Part shown: positions 14,611-28,584 of the stretch, one piece after another | How the letters are laid out: every line of letters starts with the position of its first letter | How positions within the stretch are numbered: the first letter of the stretch is position 1 | NCBI RefSeq assembly: GCF_006345805.1 | Contig: NC_043006.1 | Location: forward strand, 9,610,001-9,674,000 | Direction of reading: 5' to 3' | DNA from: Octopus sinensis | Lineage: Eukaryota | Length of the DNA: 64,000 nucleotides | The notes under the pieces: model-generated | Databases searched by the model: none | The model's input: only the letters and a program-made list of their open reading frames with translations | Told to the model about the DNA's origin: nothing | Translations under genes and position numbers: made by a program

Positions 14611-15504
14611 AGACATTCTGTTTGTGATATGTGAAACTGCAAATATTAGAAAACATTCTCCTTTAAATGACACCAAGCAGATTCATTAAAGCTTATAAGA
14701 TAGAATACATTAAACTCAGACGTAATGTCTGAAATAAAGATCAACTTTTCAAGGCGACTGTATATTTCACAACGTGAGTTGTTAGTTGAAGCTTAACTGG
14801 GGATAATTAACGACAACTCTATGGTCACTAAAATGATATCTCAAAAGTATTTCTGCTTCAAACTGAATAAGCATACTTCTATGGAATTAATTACACTTCA
14901 GCCGCGAGCGGTGTTACGTAATAATCTTTTAAAAGTGCTAAATATTATATATCCAATGTATAATTAATAGTTTAAGAGAAATGTACTCCATAGAGCACTG
15001 AAAATTAAATGGAATTCCTAATGCGTATACAGGGGATGAATTAGGACGTTTATGAGATTTTATGATTTCATTAACACAATGCAGAGTACTGCATATATTT
15101 GATATATAAAGTACACGCTAGAGTCATTAATTTCATTTAGTAACGTTTAGTGAATGAATATATTTATGAACGCTTATAAGTTAATCGGATTTAAATACCT
15201 CATAGACGAACTAATTCTGATCATATACATCAAAAGTAATAATATATTCAGAGTTATCAGTATACTAAAGTAGATACATTGGTATTTATAAAAGTGCATC
15301 TGGACGTGTTGAAGATGTCTATGTTATGATGTTGTTTCAGCAACCATCCTGGTAATCATGTGTGCAATATACTTTTATCAGTAATTTCAAGTTTTAGCAA
15401 CAAAATATTACGAAAGAATGAGAACCATTTCATTAATATATTATAAGAGCGTACATTTTCACATCAGGTTATTCTGGGCACCATTGACAAGCTTTGTAGG
15501 TGCA

Positions 15505-15516
15505 TATCTATCTATA

Positions 15517-15611
<95 letters not shown>

Positions 15612-15620
15612 ATATCTATT

Positions 15621-15676
<56 letters not shown>

Positions 15677-15845
15677 ATGTAAATATATATATATATATAT
15701 CAATCTATTTATCTATCTATCTATCTATCTATCTGTCTATCTATCTATCTATATATCTATCTATCTATCTATCAATCTATCTATCTATCTAGCTAGCTAT
15801 CTGTCTGTCTGCCTGTCTATCTCTCTCTCTCTCTCTCTCTCTGTC

Positions 15846-15930
<85 letters not shown>
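15505..15930. repeat. Compound (TCTA)n/(TC)n/(TA)n/(GA)n microsatellite
   Basis: Directly visible. Confidence 0.95.
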
Positions 15931-15933
<3 letters not shown>

Positions 15934-15997
15934 AGAAAATGAAGAAAAGCATAAATTAACCAATGCATCGATTGGGCCATATACGTTCTGTGTTCAA

Positions 15998-16095
15998 TAG
16001 TCGCCGCCGAGGTCGATTTTGACTTCCACCCTTTCGGAATCGATTAAATAAATAACAGTTGAACACTGGAGTCGATGAGATCGACTTACCCATTC
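15998..16095 (+). mobile_element. Partial family A-like SINE
   Basis: cgccgaggtcgattttgacttccaccctttcggaatcgattaaataa...actggagtcgatg..atcgactta. Confidence 0.6.
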
Positions 16096-16546
16096 CTTTG
16101 AAATTGCTGTTCTGAAATTTGAGACCCAATATGACTCGTTCCCATCTTTTCTCAATGTCCTTTTTTTTTTTTTTTTCAGCAAATCAGTTTCCAGTCGGTC
16201 ACTTAGCCCCAAATAGCTTTTCGTATTTCTCTCAAGAAGTCCCTCTATCCGCCACTTCGAAGAAGTTTAACACGCTGAAAATTCTTTAATATTATACAAG
16301 GGGCGATGAGGATTCTAAAATATTCGAATATTCTCGTATTTATTCTTGATAATCCCATAATCCCGTTTCACTAACGTAAAATCATCGGAATTAAATATCG
16401 TTTCATTAGGAACACTCGGGATTCTACGGAATATTGCTTTACACTATGTTAGCATTATATAATTAGTTTCTGGTAATTATACTATTAGTTCTTGTGGAAT
16501 ATAATAACGAAGAGAGTAAATACTATGAAAATTAAGTTAATGACTC

Positions 16547-17133
16547 TAAATACATCATCCTTCTTCTACCTCTTCTTTATCACTTTCTTCTTCTCTTCCA
16601 TCTCCACCTCCACTTATTCTTTCCTTTCTCCATCTTTCTCCTCCTCCTCCTTCTTGTTCTTTCTCTTCCTCTTGTTCTTGTTCTTCCCCTTTCATCTCAT
16701 CCCCTCCTTCTCCTCCTCCTCCTTATATTATTCTTCTTTCTCTTCTTCTTGTTCTTGTTCTTCCCCTTCCATCTCATCCCCTCCTTCTCCTCCTCCTCCT
16801 TATATTCTTCTACTTTCTCCTCTTCCTCTTCATTCTTTTCTTCTTCGTCTTCTCTTCCTCTTCTTCTTCTTTTTCTTTTTATTCTTCTTCTTATTCTTCT
16901 TCTTCTTCTACCCCTTCTTCTTTCTCTTCCTTCGCCTACTTTTCTTCTTCTTCTCCTTCTCCTCCTTCTTCTTCATTTTTCTGTTTCCCACTCCTCCTCC
17001 TGCTCCTCCGCATCATATTCTTCTTTCTCATTCTTCCCCTTCATCTACTTCTTCTTAGAATTCTTCTCCTCCTCCTTCTCCTCCTCCTCCTCCTCCTCTT
17101 CTTCTTCCTATCCCTCTCCTTCCTCTTCTATTT

Positions 17134-17179
<46 letters not shown>

Positions 17180-17180
17180 C
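16547..17180. repeat. Polypyrimidine (TTC/TCC) low-complexity tract ending in (CTA)n, with a 77-bp internal duplication
   Basis: Nearly purine-free + strand; cttgttcttgttcttcccc...ttatatt starts at 16671 and again at 16748. Confidence 0.9.
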
Positions 17181-17756
17181 AATAATACTACCGCCCCTTC
17201 ATCATCATAGCCTCCCCATTATTCTATTTATTCTACCCCCCTTACCTCTATTTCTCATCTGCCTGTTTCTTTTCTCCTTCATCTATACCTCTTTTGTTGT
17301 CTTGTTACTGGTATGTACGTGTTAACTCTTCATGTTTTAAGTAACTCTAGTGCCATCAGAGATATTAAAACCTTCTGATAGTTGCTGGACTGTAATTACG
17401 TTCAGCCGTTACTACAATAAAGTAAGACTATTTAAAATACCCCACTGGCGTTCACAATTTCCTCATTAATAAGCAGAGTTACGAAGTCTCTTTAGTCGCT
17501 TTGTGCTCTGATTAATTATGCAGTCTCCGAATTTATAGCCTGGGACTTTCTCTCGACTATATCAGAGGCTATTTGATCTGAGATTTAAAATTTCTATTTC
17601 CCATCACCATTATATCTTGCCTTTGCATTTCAAATATTTCTGATGTATTTTCATGTAAATTGTATGTCCCTTCGGATTTTGGTTAGCTCAATTCGGTATA
17701 GCATATTGGAAATACGGGTTCAATATTGCATCAAAGTTATATTCGTATTAGAAAAT

Positions 17757-17986
17757 GTCATACATATTACCTACTTACAGTTCTATATTTAAGAGATGAG
17801 GAATTATGTACAATATTTACATTATCTATATTTGACGGATATTTGTCCTCATGTTGTTTCTACTGATATACCCTCCAGCCGTCATGCCGTGATGAAGGCT
17901 GGAGGGTATATCAGCCGAAAAGTTGTGTTAACAACAAATAAGATGGGGATAAATATCCGTCCAATGTAAATAATCTAAATAATGTA
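17757..17986. mobile_element. Penelope pLTR-like fragment arranged as an inverted repeat, with decayed HHR
   Basis: ctgatataccctccagccgtcat-gccgtg-atgaaggctggagggtatatcag hairpin; outer arms gacggatatttgtcctcat / atggggataaatatccgtc; GTGATGA...GAAAA core is mutated. Confidence 0.6.
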
Positions 17987-18109
17987 TATTACCTTATGCT
18001 GAACGTATCCTTTGCATATATAGCCATATTTCTTAACTATAAAACTTGATTCCCGATATTCAGCAAAATTGTTACATCATATTTAACATTTTTCAGCATG
18101 TTTAAGAAC

Positions 18110-18520
18110 AGACGTGTCTGTGGAGCAAGAATTTTGATTCCAAACCATTTAGTTTCGGGTTTAGTGATACTACGTAGCACCTTTGGCAAATGTCTTCTAG
18201 TACAGCCCCAGGTTGACCAAAGGCTTCCGGATAGATTTCGTAGACAAAAACTGAAAGAAGCTCTTCGTGTGTATATAAAAATTTGTGTGTGTTTGTTTGT
18301 GTGCCTGTGTGTCTTTGTGTTTTTGCTTGTCCTTCAACATCACTTGATCGCCGGCGTTGGGATGTTTACGTCCCCATGACTGTGACTTATCATTTTTGCA
18401 AAACATCCTAGTAAATCCAAGTTTAAACAAAAACGTACTGCCGTATTTAGTCATTCAACTAAAGATTCTACAATGCCGTGCCCCAGAATAGCCGCCGTCA
18501 CAGTGATAACAGATAGTACA
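18110..18520 (+). mobile_element. Diverged family B SINE
   Basis: ggcaaatgtcttctagtacagccccaggttgaccaaagg...aactgaaagaagc...tttacgtcccc...ccccagaatagccgccgtc. Confidence 0.65.
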
Positions 18521-19145
18521 TAAAGGAACGAAATAGAATATGTGAAATATTTTTTTTCTATAAAGCAGGCGTAAGACGAGAAAACTTTACTCGAAAGTAA
18601 AATGCATGAAATTGTTCAGTAAATTTGAAGGTGCTTTCTCTCCTAGCGTTGTAAAGGATAAATCTTCATGAAATAATTAGCATTGCTGCATGTTACAGTT
18701 GTCTTTCCACTTGCCATTAATTCCAATTTCTGAAAACATGGATGTATATACATCGGCTTCACAAATCAGTTTTCATTGCAACTTACAAACTTTAATATAA
18801 CTAGGTTGGGGAAAAATTCAATTAATAATTAAACTCAAAATGTGAACCTTAGTCTATATTTGAACTTTCACTGAAATTATACCATATTATATTTACATAA
18901 TATATTTTGCAAGGTAGTGAGCAAATGATTTGACGGTAATATCGCTAGAAATACCAGAAAGTTACGCTAGCGCCTGGCATACGAGCTCCAACAATTTCTA
19001 CGTTTTGGAAGTCCGATAAATCAATCATTTTAGTGCAAATTAATTACCTCTTTCTCATGATATCTGAAACGCAACCGCAATTTTAGCAAAACATGTTCAG
19101 CAACATTAATAATAAATCATAAACCAAAAAAAAAAAAAGTTCACG

Positions 19146-19245
19146 TTATATACATTTGACGGATATTTGTCCTCATCTTGTTTGTTGTGAACAGAAGATT
19201 TCCGCAGATATACTCTCCAGCTTTCACCAGGTGACTTGGGAAAAT
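19146..19245. mobile_element. Second, single-arm copy of the 17757 pLTR-like family
   Basis: tacatttgacggatatttgtcctcatcttgtttgttg...gatatactctccagctttcaccagg. Confidence 0.55.
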
Positions 19246-19291
19246 GTTATTATTATTATTATTATTATTATTAATATCATTATTATTACTA

Positions 19292-19375
19292 TTCAGGTCA
19301 CTGGCTGGAACCGAACTCGCAATCTTGGGGTTAGTGGCCTGCGATCTTAACCACTACGCCATATGCCCGTGGGCA
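19292..19375 (-). mobile_element. Short tRNA-derived SINE head or tRNA pseudogene
   Basis: Reverse complement has A-box-like tggcgtagtggtt and B-box-like gagttcggttcc at tRNA spacing; adjacent to an (ATT)n tract. Confidence 0.6.
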
Positions 19376-19459
19376 ATAATGGAGTATGTTTTTGGGTTAG
19401 TTGTTCCTTAATAGATTGTTACTGATCTTGATCATTCTCGTGATGGGTATATATATACA

Positions 19460-19955
<496 letters not shown>

Positions 19956-21336
19956 AAAATATATATATATATATATATTATACATACATACATGTATGCA
20001 TTTATGTTTGTATGTATGTATGTACGAAGTATATATATATATATATAGTCCATATCTCCCTATGTGTATATGTCTCTGTATATAGCATACAGAGATGTGA
20101 ACTGTAACATTTGAGCACACTGAGATGAATATCAATGATAAATCCAAATGTTAAATAATAATTTCTAAAGCAGACGCAATACACACGTCTCGCGTAAAAC
20201 GTGTAGTTTGCAAATAATGAATAATGAATACAACAATTGGTTTATGGATATCTTATTGATTGAAAGTAATTGAACAAATGAATTTGAACTCCATATAGAA
20301 GCATCAAAATTGACTTATCGTCAGAAGTATTGATTCTGACGCATACACCATTGTTTTACGTCAGTAACGCAGTGAATAGCATACGTTTCAATCGGTTTCA
20401 CACCTAGATGAAGAATCGTTGACATAATCTATATAGAAAATCTATATACGAAAAAATAACGAATTAGTTAAAATGAGAGAAAAATGTATCTCGTTATTCA
20501 AGGAATTCCGATATCTACTTCCTATATAAAGTTCTATTTTCAATGAGTAATTCATTGCTTAAAAATCTATCTACTATTTTATTAGCAGAAACTTTATTAT
20601 TGGTTACAATATTCTACATTAATAACATGACTTTTGTCCACGTAATACACGAGGTTGCATCAAAAACTATAGGGGCTGATGCTACAAAAATATAAAACGA
20701 CACCCCACCAATTTGGCTTTAATCTGCTTGGTAGTCATCCTCTGAGGATGCCAATCTCTTTACCGTTAAGACAGAGGCTGCATACATGGTAAAGTTACTA
20801 TGCATCCAATACTGGTTGCATATTCTTGATTCTATACGTAATCTCTCTCCCTATATCACAAATATTACGTAATTCCAAGCACAGAGAAATAGCTGTTATA
20901 CCATAAATATTAAGCACTCACCCCTTGCTTTCCTGTATCGTTTGTAGTACACGTAAATATGGTCTCTAAATATATAAAATTCCATATGTTTTAACAAGAA
21001 TATTAACCTTCAGAATATTTATGGATACGTGGTATGATCAATAAGTATCCGGACTGTTGCTATAATAACGAAGACTAAAGCTGCTTTGCACAGATTGAAC
21101 TCGAACCCTTTTGTGAGTGCGCACTAAGTTGTAATGTTCTAGCTTACTTCTGCTATTTACAGGCCTTTATATGTTTATCTGAAATATTGTCGCCATACAT
21201 ACTAACTTGGATTCCGCTTACACTTTAAGTTGCTGACTTGATTCTCACTAAGTATATCGGAGTGCAAGTTCAAGCCATTTGAGCGATTTGGATTCTATAT
21301 TGAGATTCATTCGATCTCATCTGTTAACGCTATACA

Positions 21337-21401
<65 letters not shown>

Positions 21402-21405
21402 CGAC

Positions 21406-21447
<42 letters not shown>

Positions 21448-21451
21448 GTCG

Positions 21452-21506
<55 letters not shown>

Positions 21507-21510
<4 letters not shown>

Positions 21511-22678
21511 GTCCTAAAGTATGAAATTTGTAGAAAAGAAAAAAAATGTTTACTAATGTTTTATAAATACAAGGAATAGTTTTTTTTATCAAATTATGCA
21601 CCAATATTGTCAATACACTTTGGCCATTTCAGCGATGGCTCCTTCAACCCAGAACTGTAAAAGCTAGGTAATCTAGAGCCAATAAAATCTTGGAGGGCTT
21701 GTTTTACATCACCGTCATAATTCAATGTTTTGTATATCAAAAAGGTATCCAAATTCTGGAAGAAGTGGTAGTCAGTGGGGGCAAGACCAAGTGAGTATGC
21801 AGCATGATGGAGATCTTCCAACTCCTCCCCCTCTAGTTTCGCCCGTGTCATATTTGCGATGTATAAACTGGCGTTGTCTTGTAATAAAATAGGAGTGAGT
21901 CTGTTGAGTAAACTTGCATCATTTGTAGGTTTCTGCATCATTTGCTCCAGTTGGCTGCAGTATATCTCGGCCGTGATTAATGAGCCAGGTTTAAGGAAAT
22001 CATAATGGATCACACCTGCGACACACACCATCAGCTTCTTTTGATGAATTTTGCTTTTTCGGCTATGTTTTGGTGGCTCGTCTTTGTCCATCCACTTTGC
22101 TGAATGTTTACGGTTGTCGTATTGTCTCCATTTCTCATCACATGTTACTATTCGATTCTAAGATGATTCATTTTTGTAACGTGAAAGTAGCACAATGCAG
22201 GTGTCCAAACGTTACTGTTTTTGATTTTCATTGAGTTCATGTAGAACTCACATATCCAAATTTTTCACTTTACCGACTTGAACTACGTAAGTAAATTTTT
22301 TTTGCATGCTAACACCAAACAACAACGATAATTCAGGGGTACTTTGAGATAGATTTGACTCGACAGTGGCTTTCATTTCATTATCCACCTCTGTTTCCGG
22401 TCGACTGCGTTCCTCATTTGTGAGGTCAAAGTTACCAGCAGGAAATTTTACAAACCTATTTTATACTGTCCGCTGTTTAATAATATTTCCATGAAATACT
22501 TCTTTAACATACCGAGCTTTCTGTGTTTCTATGTTTCCAACAAAGAACTCATATTTCAAAACTGTACGAATGTCTGACTTACTCATCTCTAAACAAAAAT
22601 AGCAAAATACGATTTATAAATACTTTATAAAGTGCAAAATGAGCAGCTGTCAAAGTTTACATACAAACACACACATGT

Positions 22679-22690
<12 letters not shown>
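21507..22690 (-). mobile_element. Mariner (DD34D) DNA transposon, decayed
   Basis: Transposase pseudogene plus one terminus (ta-ttaggtcc) inside (TA)n; the other TIR was not found. Confidence 0.85.
21594..22586 (-). pseudogene. Mariner transposase pseudogene
   Basis: MSKSDIRTVLKYEF..., RIVTCDEKW, HQKKLMV, LLQDNAS, APTDYHFFQNL; several stops and frameshifts. Confidence 0.9.
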
Positions 22691-22730
<40 letters not shown>

Positions 22731-22997
22731 TATATATATATTATATATATATATATTTATACTTGCGTGTGTGTGTATGTGCATGCCATCGTGCGCGCCC
22801 TTTAATATGACATTGACTGTATAAGCACGAATTCACAATGGACATACAGTCTTTAAAAGTGTTTTACTGGAAACATTTAATGGTCTCTTTTATATACTGC
22901 TTATCTAATTTCCACGGATCAACTTTCTCCATTGTATGGTGTCTATTTAATGCTAACATTCTAAAATGAACATTGTTCAATGAGATATCTATATATT

Positions 22998-23028
<31 letters not shown>

Positions 23029-24356
23029 GATATAGATATCTGCAAGAGATTTATGCTTGAGATTTTATTTCAAGCCTTCAGTAAATAATATAATTCCATC
23101 GAAGATATTACCGTTTTTATGAGCATATTTAAAGTCGAAAGTATTGTCTGGAAATGAATGAGAAGGAATTTCAAAAATATGATTGCAAAGACACATTGAA
23201 AAATTAACACAGTTTATTTCTCGTCAGCAAAAATTATAAGCATTTCAGTGCTCGTACGATAAAAAAATAAATGATATCGTACCCTAAGCACAGCATGTAT
23301 TTAAAAAAAGAGAGAAACCTATCAGTATACGAGAAACGAAAACCTATATTCTCAATTTGACACGAAACATCAATCATCTTTTTTGTGTTAATTTTATTTC
23401 TAGCTTTCCATTTCTATCAAAGTTTCTGAGTACTTTGATATATATATATATATATACAAGATATAATTATATATATTTTCATGCACTTCATACAGAAACA
23501 CACACAACTGCATCCATGTGCACACATGTGTACACGTGATGCTAACATACAGATCTAAAATTCGAACAGATGTAATGGATTTATAGATCAGATTGTCGTA
23601 AACTTGATCCCAGCAATGGCACAAATGGACTGATTCATTGAGTGTATATCGCTGCAAATTCGATAACAAAACATAGGCGCCTTAGAAAAGCTTTCTACTT
23701 CATGTTCTTCTGTAACTAGTTGCAATTTTAACGCCATACAAAGCTAAAATGCCATTCATTGTGTGAGCCAAATTTTGTTCTTGTATAGATGCACATCATT
23801 TGCGCTTCAAAAGCATATATTTTCTTAACATCCGAAGAATTCAATAAAAAGAAGTGGCAGTCGTCTAGAATTTTTATTTAGCTATAATATTCTCTTGTAG
23901 TAAATAATTTCTTATTTATAAAACTGAACTCACAAATGCTGAAATTCATGATATTCGAATAAGTGAACAATTGTTATTCCTAAGTGGCTACACTTTCGTT
24001 ATAATAATACATACATATATTTTGAAGACAGTAAGACAAGTTCAGTTGCATACTTTGTTTTGCGAATGTGCTAAAATTTCCCAAAGCCAAGTTTAATGTC
24101 AACGTTTTGTTGGTAGTTTACCAACAAAAGAAAATATATTCATGTTATTATCAGAATTGACTAGCAAGCAAAATGATTACAGCGTCAGAAAAAATATTGC
24201 GATATATGTCTGAACAATTTTCTTTGACTGTTCAAAGGGTGTGAGGATTAACTTTGTTTTTCATAACTGTACAGTTTGTGAAGTGATTCCTATCAACTAA
24301 AAAGAAAAACAAGTGCTTTTGTGCATTAGTCAGAAAATATCGTAAACACAGACACA

Positions 24357-24431
<75 letters not shown>

Positions 24432-24961
24432 ACACACACACACATATATATATATATATTTAATATCAAAGTAAGCAACAGGATATCAAGTAGTGATGCA
24501 GTACGACCGTTTCAAGCGGCTTCATTCAATTGGACAATACTATCATTACATCAATTTAAATACACCTAAATGCATAGAAATATTAACCAGTCAGACTCAT
24601 TAATATATCTTTTCTGAAATACTTTAATAGAGCAGGAAGAAATTCATGTTGTTGCTATTGTAAGTAAGAATACATTACATTTCCAAGAATCACATGACAC
24701 TCATTGTTGTCATAGCTTGTAAAGGTTTCTAATTCATTACTAATTAATTTATCTCTTTATCAACTACTAAATATTAGACGAGAAAACTGTGTCTGTTTTG
24801 AATAAAGGACAAAAATGAGTTGACAGCTCCTAGCTATGCATGGTTATAGATATTGTCATATATATTCTTTAAAAGAAGACATCAGGAGTAGTTAATTGGA
24901 TATAAAGTAGCTGTTTATATAAAAAAGGATAAGGTCGTTATTTAAAATAGCGATCATATAT

Positions 24962-25396
24962 ATCTGGAAGATCCTGGAAGGACTTGTCCCAAACTTTGGG
25001 ATCGAGAGTCACACAAATGCCAGAACCGGGCGCCACTGCGTAGTACCAAGGACTCCAAATTTACCATCAAGATGTAGGACAAGATATTGCGATAACCTGG
25101 GCTTCAGAGGCCCACAGCTCTTCAATATACTCCCAAAGAACCTGAGGGACCTGCATGGTGTAGATGCGAATGTCTTTAAAGTAGGACTGGACCTCTTCCT
25201 GTCAGGTGTCCCGGATGAACCAACTTCACGGCAGGAGGTGCAGATGAGGCAAGCTGCATCGAACTCTCTCATGCATCAGATGGCGTGTGCTAAAAAGCAT
25301 CCGTGAGGTAAAATCGTGTAGCAAACCAAATGTCAGTGCCCCAGCATGGCCACAGCTCATTAGCTGAAACTGGAAAAATCAAAATCAAATCAAATC
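24962..25396 (+). mobile_element. CR1/L2-clade LINE 3' end (114 open codons plus tail)
   Basis: IWKILEGLVPNFGIESHTNARTGRHCVVP...LGFRGPQLFNILPKNLRDL...FKVGLDLFLSGVPDEPT...SNSLMHQ, stop at 25304-25306; tail gtgccccagcatggccacagc...ctgaaactgg and (AAATC)n. Confidence 0.9.
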
Positions 25397-26473
25397 ATAT
25401 CAAGTGGCCAGCGTGGGAATAAAAGGCTTATATGTATTAATTATTATTAAAATCATAATTAAGAGTATCTAAGAGATAACACCATGCTAGAGATAACATT
25501 AAAAACTTGACTCTAAACCCACTTCACACATTCATACAGCACAAGGTGAAAAGACAAATGGACAAATAAACTAGAAAAACATTTTGGATAATATCTGACC
25601 CGGATTTCTAGCTCTGTATAAAAATATACTGTGTCTGATCAGTGAGATATACACAGATAATACAGAATTTCAAAAAAATATATACAACAGTGGCTCCTTA
25701 ACGGTGTGTTTCTGAGTACCTTTTCGGAAAAATTTGTATAAAACCATTTTGTTCCTATATGAGTGCGTGTCTGTTTGCGCACGCGTTCCTATGTATATAT
25801 TTGGAAATATATATTTTGTATGTATTGTTATATTTCCGCTATTTATATATTCTGTTCAACTTGCTAAGCAAGAACAGCTGTGGGCCATAATTGTATTTCA
25901 AGACAGATTTCTGTTTTACTTTTTGGTACTTACATAGAGCAAGTATTTTAAATAAAAGTAATGTCTAACTATTCATTTATGGCATCATTGCTTGCCATGT
26001 TAAATATCATATATAACACCCTGAACACGTTTTATACTACTTTACCATAGTTTACCAGTTTGCATATAATCAATTGTTCTCGAACGTATTGACATATGCA
26101 ACGTGAATATAAATTAGCTGCTCACCAGAGTTGTTTAGTCAGTGAAGAATATGTGGTTTAAGTTAAATAAGTTTTGTAATATATGTTCCAGTTATATGCA
26201 TTCATACACTTACATTCACAAAATGTGTGTGTGTGTGTGTGTGCAAATACATGATATGCAGCATTTATACTTAACTTCATTCATTAGTTACATCCTCCCT
26301 TACATTAGAACGGTAAAAAACGTTTCACACAGTTTGAAAAATCTATGAGAATGTTAGTTTTGTGAGATGCATAAAAAGATATCTTTAAAATACCGCTGAA
26401 TTATTCGCCGATACTGATATAAAATATATTTGTCTGTATTTCCCTCTCTCGCCCCCATTTCAAACTATCTACC

Positions 26474-26565
<92 letters not shown>

Positions 26566-27051
26566 CTGTGTATGTATGTATGTATGTATGTATGTATGTA
26601 TGTATGTATGTGTTTATCTATCTTTCTATTTATCTATCTATCACTCTGTCTACCTGGATATATATCTCTATCTCATTTCATCTTTCTTTTCGAACTCAAT
26701 TAGTCAGACACCAACAGATACACACTTATATTCATGCTCTCATACATAGGACACCAGGAAAAAATAATCTATTTTATATGGTGTCATTGTAATATTTTGA
26801 AAAGAGAGATCCAACTGAGAGACGAAAACATGTTTTGCCTAAATTTAAATTTTAACCAAGATTACAAAAGCTGTTTTGTAAAAGTCACCTCTTTGCATCG
26901 TCTGCTAGGCACCATGTCTCAATACATTGTGTCAATAACTCATACATACATATGCTCATGTATATGTATACAAACTGATATTTATGTATATATGTGTATG
27001 TATCTATATGTGTCTTTGCGAGTGTGTGGGTATATATATATATATATATTA

Positions 27052-27088
<37 letters not shown>

Positions 27089-28384
27089 TATATCCATACA
27101 CACACACACACGTATATTATATACGTATATGCAGATATGTATACAACTCTATACATAGTTATGAAAAATATAGAAAGAAATAATTAGTTATATATATTAT
27201 ATATATATAATATATATATATATAGTTACATATATAAATATGCATGTACGTACATGTATATATATATTTACATATGCAAGCATTGTGGAGGTATGTATAT
27301 ACGTGTTACATAAATATAAATGTATATGTTTTTATACCCATATATAAGTATGTAGATGTATATATACACACATACATACAGTGACCTACGCACGTACACG
27401 CTCACACAAAGAAACACACGGATATATTTATATATATATATATATATATATAGAAGCGACGTCATTCAATGATCGACGATGCACAATATGTTACCTGATA
27501 CTATCATTACAGTATTTTTTCTGTTACCGACTAACCATGATGAATTGTAATTGCCATCTACGAGGTACTCTGGAATGTTTAATTGACACTACTTCTCTCA
27601 TCGAAAAAAGAACTCAAGAGAATGTTGATGACATCTGTTCACATTTAGTATTCATTAATAAACGCTATTCTTCATTTTGCGATTAAGAATTTTGTGTACA
27701 TATTCAATTAAACATAACAGAATTAGCAATTTATATAACAACCAACAGCGCCTGTCTCAACCTCAAGAACATACAAGTAATTAATTGTTCTCTTTATCTT
27801 TTTAATATTCTATAAAGGTTTGAATAATTTATCATTAAAAGTATTTATCAAATGTTGAAGGTTATTGTTTTTATTGTTATTTTGCTTGTTTTGGTCTTTA
27901 TATAAATTATTCATGATTCTGTTTGGTTAATGCATTTTTAATTGACACATCATCGTTATATTTCCTGAATTGATGTAGACTTGTATTGGATAATAACGCA
28001 GTTATTTTTGTCCCGATTTTCGACATATTTTTACATTTTCAAACTAAAAATTATAGAATCACAATTAAATACATCTGCCTCGTGAGACTGACAACTTTAT
28101 ATAAAAATAAACAAACGCTGCAAAAACTATATAATACTTTGTCTATTTGAAACTATTTACAATCAATTTATGCCAATATGCTCTTTATATTATGTATATT
28201 TCGTTGTAAAATGTATGAAATTTTCTTGTCTGTACATAGAGATATATGCAGTAAGATATCCTGTTTTTTTGCATGGAGAGAGATATCCGGTTTCCTTCTT
28301 AATCCCTTACCTTTCTATTCAAATGCAACATCAGATGCTTCTATTAAAAAAATATTTATATATATGAAATTAATATATATATAT

Positions 28385-28584
28385 ATATAGCACTGCCAGC
28401 AATTTTTTTTCCTCTGCCTTCCGTTCTCGGGATCTTTCCTTCTCCTTTGTCTCCGACGAAGAGCTCCGCTCGAAACGTTAAACACTCCTTCCCTTCTTCC
28501 CTGAGCGTCCAATAATAATTTATTTGCTCCACGTCCTCGCATTGCTGTGTTTTTTTGTGTTTTCTTGTTTGGATTAACTATATA
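28385..28584 (+). mobile_element. Penelope pLTR-like element between TA tracts
   Basis: Carries a minimal HHR-like motif and is bounded by (TA)n on both sides. Confidence 0.55.
28448..28484 (+). ncRNA. Minimal type I HHR-like motif (U4C core)
   Basis: tgtct-CCGACGA-a-gagc(tcc)gctc-GAAAC-GTT-aaaca; palindromic AACGTT stem III; one mismatch in stem I. Confidence 0.45.

Noticed and set aside
16492-17210. 188-aa and 153-aa Phe/Ser/Leu-rich ORFs
   Set aside because: Stop-free only because the strand is nearly all pyrimidine
20645-21075. Mariner-like TIR starts (20645, 21025)
   Set aside because: Both are in the same orientation, with no inverted partner or transposase remnant recognised
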